Assembly: GCA_025839675.1 (NCBI GenBank)
Contig: CP104013.1
Location: forward strand, 2,640,001 to 2,672,000
Direction: 5' to 3'
Source of the DNA: Candidatus Lokiarchaeum ossiferum
GTDB lineage: Archaea > Asgardarchaeota > Lokiarchaeia > Sigyniarchaeales > Promethearchaeaceae
DNA length: 32,000 nucleotides
Both the position numbers and the translations under genes were made by a program. Below are positions 25,590 through 32,000 of the stretch, piece after piece; position 1 is the stretch's first letter, and the number at the start of each line of letters is the position of its first letter. The notes under the pieces are model-generated. The model was not told the origin of the DNA and did no database searches. It worked only from the letters and a program-made list of their open reading frames with translations.

Positions 25590-27593
25590 GTGAAAGATAT
25601 GCTCGATCCAAAAGAAGTGGATTATGAAAAATTAGGTTTTCATGCTGGACTAGAAGTACATCATCAGATAATTTCTCCTGACAACCGAAAACTATTTTGT
25701 TTTTGTCCACCAGATTTAGTCAAAAGTAATCGTGCCCCCGATTATCGCTTTGAACGCTATTTTCGCCCAGTATTGGGCGAAATGGGCGATTTTGATCCAG
25801 GTATGCTGATAGAATATGAAAAAGGCTACCGATGCATTTATAATGCATGGGAACATAACTGTTGTATTTACGAACAAGATGAAATGCCCCCTCATTGGCC
25901 TGACCTCAGTGCAATCAAACAAGGATATAAGTTAGCTCATTGGTTTGATATGTCTGCTTTAGTGGATGAAATTATTTTTGCCCGGAAACAATATTTAGAT
26001 GGCAGTATTACAACGGGTTTTCAACGCACAACTATTGTGGGTCGAGATGGCTATTTAATGCTGGACGGGAAAAAAATTCGAATTTCTAACATTACGGTGG
26101 AAGAGGACAGTGCAAGACGCATTAAAACTGAAAATCAAGGGCGAACTGTCCACTATAGTTTAGATCGTCTCGGTGTGCCTTTAGTCGAAGTAATTACAGA
26201 TCATCGCGATGTTGATACTCCTAAAGAACTGGAAAAAACGGCCCGTTTAATTGGTTTAACCCTTCGGATAAGTGGAATTGGAAAACGAGGAATTGGAGCC
26301 GCTCGACAAGATGTGAACATCAGTATTGCCGGGGGTGATCGGGTGGAATTGAAAGGAGTACAAAACCTGAATTTATTTGGAAAATGGTGCTGCTATGAAG
26401 TTTTACGCCAAGACATGTTAATTAAAATAGCTAATACTTTGAAGGAAAGAGGTCTTGTTAAAGAGGCATTAGAACACACTTATACTGATTTGTCCGAAAA
26501 ATTTAATCACATCCCAACTGATTGTGTTGTAATGGGCATTCGATTGCCCAAATTTGCGGGTATTTACAATGAAGAAATTCAACCAGGAAAAGATTTTGGA
26601 TTAGATATTTTGGAAAAAGTAACGCTTATCACAGGAGTTCAACTCGATAGAATGTTTCTCTCCCATGAAATTAACAAAGAAGCACTTCGATATAAACGTG
26701 AAGGAGCAGATTCGAATTATTTCTTTGAGAGAATAACGAAGGAAAAGGACTCAGAAATAAGAACTGCACTAAATCTTGGGGATGACGATGCCTACTTCTT
26801 GGCGGTAGCGTCTCAAAAATGGTGTATCCATGCTATGAAAAAGGTGATTGAACGATCTAAGATAGCCTTAGATGGAGTCCCTCAAGAAACTCGAAGGGCG
26901 ACTCTTGATGGAAATTCAGAATTCTTACGCGTAATTCATGGAAAGGGAAGATTATATCCAGATACTGATACTCCAATGATTGATATGGATATGGAAGAAA
27001 TTCATGGTTTAAAAAGCACAATTGGTCGAAAACCGTGGGATATCGAAGCATTTTATAAAGCGAATTATGGGTTTTCTTTCAAGCAAGTAGAGCAACTTAT
27101 TCGTCATGAAAAATTAGAAATATTTGAAGAAATGGTAAATACGTATCGAATTAATCCAAAACGAGCTTTTACCTTTTTAGAAAGCACACTGATTTCCTTA
27201 CGGCGCAATAAAGTGGAAATTGATTCCTTAGCCAAAATTGATATGATCAATATCCTCACAGCCGCCCAAGAAGGTCAATTTGACTTTGCTCAAGTTCCGA
27301 AAATAACGGAACAAAAAGCCAAGAATCCCCAAAAGACCATTGATGATATTTTGGATGATCTTAAGATCAAGAAAATCTCTGATGAGGAACTAAAAACAGA
27401 ATTTTCTGAAGCCTTATCTGAATTTGAGAAATTTCAGAAATCTAAAGCCAAGTTAATTCAAGTTGCAGAATCTAAATTGATCCAGTACAAAACCAATCAA
27501 ATTACGGGAATATTGATGCGGAAAATTAAAGGATCTATTCCCGGTAAAAAGGTTCATGCATTTGTACAAACCCAATTGGAGGCTACAAATTAA
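25590..27593 (+). CDS. gatE: Glu-tRNA(Gln) amidotransferase subunit E (GatE)
   Basis: 667 aa. DYEKLGFHAGLEVHHQI....KLFCFCP; YFRPVLGEMGDFD; YEQDEMPP; YLDGSITTGFQRTTIVG; VEEDSARRI; LDRLGVPLVEVIT; GIGAARQDVNISI. A C-terminal GatB/YqeY-like helical tail. Followed 12 nt later by gatD with an AAGGAGAG SD. The track start is GTG 25590; ATG 25599 is an alternative. Confidence 0.93.
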   Translation: MKDMLDPKEVDYEKLGFHAGLEVHHQIISPDNRKLFCFCPPDLVKSNRAPDYRFERYFRPVLGEMGDFDPGMLIEYEKGYRCIYNAWEHNCCIYEQDEMPPHWPDLSAIKQGYKLAHWFDMSALVDEIIFARKQYLDGSITTGFQRTTIVGRDGYLMLDGKKIRISNITVEEDSARRIKTENQGRTVHYSLDRLGVPLVEVITDHRDVDTPKELEKTARLIGLTLRISGIGKRGIGAARQDVNISIAGGDRVELKGVQNLNLFGKWCCYEVLRQDMLIKIANTLKERGLVKEALEHTYTDLSEKFNHIPTDCVVMGIRLPKFAGIYNEEIQPGKDFGLDILEKVTLITGVQLDRMFLSHEINKEALRYKREGADSNYFFERITKEKDSEIRTALNLGDDDAYFLAVASQKWCIHAMKKVIERSKIALDGVPQETRRATLDGNSEFLRVIHGKGRLYPDTDTPMIDMDMEEIHGLKSTIGRKPWDIEAFYKANYGFSFKQVEQLIRHEKLEIFEEMVNTYRINPKRAFTFLESTLISLRRNKVEIDSLAKIDMINILTAAQEGQFDFAQVPKITEQKAKNPQKTIDDILDDLKIKKISDEELKTEFSEALSEFEKFQKSKAKLIQVAESKLIQYKTNQITGILMRKIKGSIPGKKVHAFVQTQLEATN

Positions 27594-27605
27594 GGAGAGA
27601 GTATC

Positions 27606-29033
27606 ATGGCAACCGAAACGAAAATAGAAAAAGATCCTACAGGATATCAAGGAAAACTCCGAGAACGTTTGATCAAGGAAAATATTGGAGTTTGGAGTGT
27701 AGTTAAAATACAAAAAGGGAACGCAATCTATGAAGGAGTTGTATTACCCCGCAGTGAAAACACTTCAGAAGGATATTTGGTTATTAAAGTCGATACAGGG
27801 TATAATATTGGAGTATTCCTTACTGATGACTGCACAATGGAAGAAATTGGTTTTCAAAAAGGAGCCTATAAACTCCCAGAAGTTGAAGTTAAAACCAAAC
27901 CTAATCTCCCTAATGTTTCATTGTTAGGCACAGGTGGAACCGTCGCCAGCAGACTTGATTACCGTACAGGAGCAGTATTACCAGCCTTCACCCCCGAAGA
28001 ATTATTCTCCGCTGTTCCGGAATTAATGAATATATGTAATTTAACCCCCAAGAAAATCTATGGAATTCTTTCGGAAAATTTTAAACCAGAGTATTGGATA
28101 AAAACAGCACGGGAAATTATGAAGGAATTTGATAGTGGAGCTAACGGTGTAATTATTGGACACGGCACAGATACGATGGCATTTACAGCTTCAGCTCTTT
28201 CTTTTATGTTTCAAGATTTAGCAGCACCAATTGTATGTGTCGGGTCCCAAAGAAGTTCAGATCGACCTTCTAGCGATGGACCGTTAAACATTATGGATGC
28301 AAGTACAATTGCAGGTCATGCAGATTTAGGAGAAGTGGTTGTATGTATGCACGGTAATTCCAGCGATAGTTACAATTTAATTCATCGCGGAGTTAGAGTC
28401 CGTAAAATGCATTCTTCCCGAAGAGATGCTTTTCGCACACTAAGTGATATCCCTCTTGGGATGATCGATGCCAATCAGAATATTAAATTTCTCAAAGATG
28501 ATGTGAAACCTCGGGGAAATATAGAAGATACTTGGCTCAATGATAAAATGGATGAGCGAGTAGCGATGTTGTATTTCTATCCTGGAATGAACAACGACAT
28601 TTTGGACTCAGTCATTGATAAAGGCTATCATGGCGTAGTAATTACAGGTACAGGATTAGGACATGTGAGTTCCTACATGTTTCCAGCTCTTGAACGAGCT
28701 AAAGAAGCAGAAATTCCCATTTGTATGGTTGTTGAACCCCTATTTGGATCATCAAACCTTCGAGTATATGAAACGGGGCGAGATATGTTAGCCCGTGGAG
28801 TGGTGGAAGGAATGAATATGTTGCCCTCCGCAGCTTATGCTAAAATGATCTGGACTTTGGGTCAAACTCGTAATTACGATGAAGTACGCAAAATAATGGG
28901 TACAAATCTCCGAGGAGAAATAACCTATCGCGAACCTAATAAAGGTTATCTTTTCATGCAAGGTGTAGAACCAGGCATGGATGATCTTTTAAAGAAATTA
29001 GATCCAAATCCCCGTTTTGATGCCTACAGATAA
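27606..29033 (+). CDS. gatD: Glu-tRNA(Gln) amidotransferase subunit D (GatD), asparaginase-type
   Basis: 475 aa. An N-terminal AS-type beta domain, then asparaginase signatures LLGTGGTVASRLDYRTG and IGHGTDTMAFTASALSF. Confidence 0.95.
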   Translation: MATETKIEKDPTGYQGKLRERLIKENIGVWSVVKIQKGNAIYEGVVLPRSENTSEGYLVIKVDTGYNIGVFLTDDCTMEEIGFQKGAYKLPEVEVKTKPNLPNVSLLGTGGTVASRLDYRTGAVLPAFTPEELFSAVPELMNICNLTPKKIYGILSENFKPEYWIKTAREIMKEFDSGANGVIIGHGTDTMAFTASALSFMFQDLAAPIVCVGSQRSSDRPSSDGPLNIMDASTIAGHADLGEVVVCMHGNSSDSYNLIHRGVRVRKMHSSRRDAFRTLSDIPLGMIDANQNIKFLKDDVKPRGNIEDTWLNDKMDERVAMLYFYPGMNNDILDSVIDKGYHGVVITGTGLGHVSSYMFPALERAKEAEIPICMVVEPLFGSSNLRVYETGRDMLARGVVEGMNMLPSAAYAKMIWTLGQTRNYDEVRKIMGTNLRGEITYREPNKGYLFMQGVEPGMDDLLKKLDPNPRFDAYR

Positions 29034-29137
29034 GCGGTTATTTTCTTTTTCATTTTTTTCCTCACGATTATTGATCAAATTGAACTTTTAGCCAAATAAT
29101 TTAATAGGCAATTTGAACAAATTTCTATCAACAAAAA

Positions 29138-29770
29138 GTGAAAAAAATGTGGTACAATAGAATTCATCGAAAGGACTATAAATGTAAGCGATGTGGAAAA
29201 CATGAATCTACATTGAATCAAAACCCAACATGTGCGGGATGTGGAAAATTAATTTGCAATACATGTACAGTGAAAAAATTGTGTATTGATTGTTTTAAAA
29301 AACTTGAACCCGAAGTTCATGATTCTTTAATAAAAAAAAGAGTGGCTTTAAGGTTGTTTTACATCATTGCAATCATATTCCCTTTTTATTGGGGATCTTA
29401 TACAAACGATTTTTATTTTACCGCTACTGGATCTCTATTGCTATTACTATTTTTGTCAAATATTATTGTTCCCAACTTGGTGAAAGGTCCTTTGCGATTA
29501 TTCGCCCAACAAGCCTACAAAAAAAATAATATTTTAGAGAAACAGATCTATCGGGAAGAAATCATCGCCGAGCAAAAGGAAGTCCTTTCAAATGATGATA
29601 TCAAGAAATTGGTACGAAAAAATGGACGCCATAAAACAGTAGACATATTAACTGAAAGGGAGATCTCAATAGCTTCCATTAATGGCGAGAGCATGGGTTC
29701 ATTTGATGCACGCATTCGGGCTAATGAATTAATTGATGAAGCAATAAGTGACAAAAATAGTCAAGTATAG
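29138..29770 (+). CDS. 8-Cys zinc-finger membrane protein
   Basis: 210 aa. C16-x2-C-x12-C-x2-C-x4-C-x2-C-x5-C-x2-C52 (nt 29183-29293), two hydrophobic helices, and a charged helical tail. The track start is GTG 29138; ATG 29147 is an alternative. Confidence 0.55.
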   Translation: MKKMWYNRIHRKDYKCKRCGKHESTLNQNPTCAGCGKLICNTCTVKKLCIDCFKKLEPEVHDSLIKKRVALRLFYIIAIIFPFYWGSYTNDFYFTATGSLLLLLFLSNIIVPNLVKGPLRLFAQQAYKKNNILEKQIYREEIIAEQKEVLSNDDIKKLVRKNGRHKTVDILTEREISIASINGESMGSFDARIRANELIDEAISDKNSQV

Positions 29771-29835
29771 TAACACAAGTTGGCTGTATTTATTTAATAA
29801 TTCATATTCTAACACCTTAGCAATGAATTTTTTTT

Positions 29836-30900
29836 TTATGCAGTATCTTCTATTAAATCGGCAACTATGTTTCTTTCTTGGGAAAAAGAATCAACAACGG
29901 AAGTAAAGCGCTGAGTGGAGATGATTAAATGATCTACTTTGCTACAAATAGAGTTATAACCATGAAGAGATGAATATTTTTCTTTCTCTTCGATGAGGGA
30001 TTTTTGAATTGCTTCTAAGCGGGGAGTGAAATCGAAAATAATCCGATTATCCCTTATTATAAAATCCATATAGTTAAGTGATATATATTTGATTTGGAAA
30101 ATACGGGGAGTGGTAGGAGATTCAAAAGGAAGCCTACTAATGAGATTCTTATCTAACAATTGTTTCAATTTTTGGGACACCGCACCAGAGGAATTTCCAG
30201 TAAGATCTTGTAATTTTTTTTGAGTTATATTCTTCCGTAACATGATATAAGCCATAATTTTGCTCAAAATAGGTTTTGAATCAAAAAGAAACTTATTTTC
30301 CACAAGATAGGATACAATATCAAATTCGATAGCTTCAATTTCGGGAGGAAAATCAGTGATTTCTTGGGAAATTGGTAATAATCTATCGTTTTCAGGCAAA
30401 AATATTGTTTTTCCTTTTATAGCGAAGTTTCTTTGTTGAGCTTGAATATAATTAAGTATGCCATTGAGACGATAAATAAAAAATTGACTTTTCACAGGAT
30501 AAATATCCATCAAGGAGTGACATTTTTGGATGGTTTGTTTGATATATTTGAATAGATTATTAAGCCGTTCGAGTATATTGGAAAAAGGTTGATAATTAAA
30601 TGGGATGAACTCACATGATGGAAGTTTATACAAGTGCGTATGGGTGCCAGCAATTAGGTTTTTTTTTATCACTCGCATTTGAACCAGATGAGCTAATCCA
30701 GTAGATATGGTACTATATGAATATTTGGTAAGTTTTTTTAATTGTTTTTGAGTTAAACTATCATATATCACGAGATAAGCATATATAACGGATAATTTTA
30801 GATTTCTCCCAAGATTATTTGCATAATTTTTATAGAATTGCACTATTTCTTGTTCAATTTCCTTGAATTTTCCTTCATACAAATGTTCATGGAGTTCCAT
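29836..30900 (-). CDS. transcriptional regulator with two MarR/GbsR-like winged-helix domains
   Basis: 354 aa. Two copies of the pattern (Y.)...lTQK.L..LT..S.s.(I/V)S..L..L......I.. : VIYAYLVIYDSLTQKQLKKLTKYSYSTISTGLAHLVQMRVIKK and IMAYIMLRKNITQKKLQDLTGNSSGAVSQKLKQLLDKNLISR. Confidence 0.6.
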   Translation of the reverse strand: MELHEHLYEGKFKEIEQEIVQFYKNYANNLGRNLKLSVIYAYLVIYDSLTQKQLKKLTKYSYSTISTGLAHLVQMRVIKKNLIAGTHTHLYKLPSCEFIPFNYQPFSNILERLNNLFKYIKQTIQKCHSLMDIYPVKSQFFIYRLNGILNYIQAQQRNFAIKGKTIFLPENDRLLPISQEITDFPPEIEAIEFDIVSYLVENKFLFDSKPILSKIMAYIMLRKNITQKKLQDLTGNSSGAVSQKLKQLLDKNLISRLPFESPTTPRIFQIKYISLNYMDFIIRDNRIIFDFTPRLEAIQKSLIEEKEKYSSLHGYNSICSKVDHLIISTQRFTSVVDSFSQERNIVADLIEDTA

Positions 30901-31284
30901 GGGTATTTAATCCTAATTTGTTTAAATTTTGTGTTATATTACAAAGGTAGAAGCATTTTTTAAGGTTTAATAAATTTTACAAAAAAAGTGTTAGAAAAAA
31001 TCAGGACTCGACAAAAATAGACTCCTGTATGGGATTTTCTTTAAACAAAAGAAAGGAGTTTTTGAGAATTTGTTGATTTTTGCCTTTATTATAATCAGAA
31101 TCATCAAATTTTCCCGGATGTAAAACTTTCGCATCATAGTAATAATACATTTTTATTTTCCCCAATTATCGAAATTACTGAAACCTATAGAATTATAGGT
31201 ATTTCAAGTTTAAAAAGGTTTTCATCCCCTTCGAAATTTGAAAATAATAAAAAACAACAGTTGGAAAAAGTGGAAAACATCAAA

Positions 31285-32000
31285 TTATCCTTGTTCTTTG
31301 TAATCAGATAAAAGTTCCCCTTTATCTACTTGCCTATAATCAGAAAAGAATGCAAAAAGGAGAGTTATAACCATATATGACCCTGCCAATATGATAAATA
31401 AAATATTTATCCCTATTAATTCAGCGAGGGGGCCAGCGATCAGACTTGATATGGGCATGATTGAAAAAGATAAAGCCATATCCATTGCATTCACTCTTCC
31501 TTGCTTATCTAGAGGTACTTTTTCTTGCAAAATTGTCATATACAGGCTATTTAGTATGGGTATTCCAAAGGCAAGGATAAACAAACCGACTCCAATTATT
31601 ACAAAATTACTTTTAGATGCTAAACCAGTTATTAAATATCCCGTTCCAACAAGAAATTGAGCCACTATCATAATGATGCTTTTATGTTTCCAATTTTTTT
31701 TTATAGCGATAAAGATTGCTCCACATATCATTGCAATTTGAGAAACCGCAGATAAATAAGACAATATCTTAGCGTCACCTCCATGATAAATACTTATGAA
31801 GTATGGTCGAAGTACTCCTGAGGGACTAAGAAGAAAATTGCCAATTATAGCCATCATGAAAAAGGCAAACATGCCCCGAATTTGCATGATAATGTGATAG
31901 CCTTCCTTCATTTCGTGAATAAATGAAGTTTCTTCATCTTTCAATTTTGAAGATCCTAAAATTGAAGGAATCGTAATAAGAAGCGTTGGAATAACTGCAA
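31285..32000 (-). CDS. MFS-type transporter, C-terminal half (partial; the frame is open to the right edge of the window)
   Basis: The track ORF begins at TTG 31944, but my translation upstream stays open to position 32000 (..AVIPTLLITIPSILGSSKL-KDEETSF..). Six hydrophobic helices after a charged central loop fit the C-terminal six-helix bundle of an MFS protein of about 400 aa. Confidence 0.65.
   Translation of the reverse strand, partial: AVIPTLLITIPSILGSSKLKDEETSFIHEMKEGYHIIMQIRGMFAFFMMAIIGNFLLSPSGVLRPYFISIYHGGDAKILSYLSAVSQIAMICGAIFIAIKKNWKHKSIIMIVAQFLVGTGYLITGLASKSNFVIIGVGLFILAFGIPILNSLYMTILQEKVPLDKQGRVNAMDMALSFSIMPISSLIAGPLAELIGINILFIILAGSYMVITLLFAFFSDYRQVDKGELLSDYKEQG

Noticed and set aside
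25477-25710. Minus-strand ORF of 77 aa overlapping the gatE start
   Set aside because: It overlaps the conserved GatE N-terminus in antisense and has no recognisable motif.
31001-31150. 49-codon minus-strand ORF (MYYYYDAKVLHPGKFDD...) between the regulator and the MFS gene
   Set aside because: It is below any confidence threshold, lacks an obvious SD or TATA context, and has an odd composition. It cannot be supported from sequence alone.
1-32000. Search for tRNA, rRNA and CRISPR arrays
   Set aside because: I saw no GC-rich cloverleaf-length islands, no rRNA-like conserved blocks and no regularly spaced direct repeats in any intergenic region. This was an eye scan only, so tRNAscan, Infernal or a CRISPR finder should confirm it.

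Overview
AT-rich archaeal chromosomal window (roughly one-third GC by eye). I support about 32 protein-coding genes. Reading the intergenic regions on both strands, I found no rRNA, tRNA or CRISPR array. The archaeal assignment rests on an adjacent gatE-gatD pair (GatDE is the archaeal Glu-tRNA(Gln) amidotransferase) and a tungsten-type aldehyde:ferredoxin oxidoreductase. Roadblock/LC7-like and longin-like domains and many zinc-ribbon/membrane fusions suggest an Asgard (Loki-like) genome, but that is inference only. Layout: (a) 1-5.7 kb is housekeeping: a partial second gatE-like gene at the left edge, a Gfo/Idh/MocA oxidoreductase, a YkgJ Cys-cluster protein and AOR. (b) 5.7-20.5 kb is an accessory-looking stretch of family-less membrane proteins. 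It holds a LamG gene bracketed by about 92-bp direct repeats, a stand-alone condensation-domain acyltransferase, a 7TM protein with a longin-like tail, an HTH-Roadblock fusion, a radical SAM/SPASM enzyme, tandem paralogous membrane proteins, an internally duplicated Cys-motif membrane protein, and two tandem GG-terminated MoaD/ThiS-type ubiquitin-like proteins. (c) 20.6-29 kb is core again: crotonase, an Fe-S protein, a family III CoA-transferase, a DUF1624-like membrane protein and gatE-gatD. (d) 29-32 kb holds an 8-Cys zinc-finger membrane protein, a double winged-helix regulator and a partial MFS transporter. The best candidate for something undescribed is the 10.9-13.7 kb locus (7TM-longin-like, Zn-ribbon-TM, HTH-Roadblock, interleaved inverted repeats), followed by the Cys-motif membrane protein plus tandem Ubl pair at 17.7-19.8 kb. 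All domain calls come from reading motifs and secondary-structure-like patterns. No database search was run.
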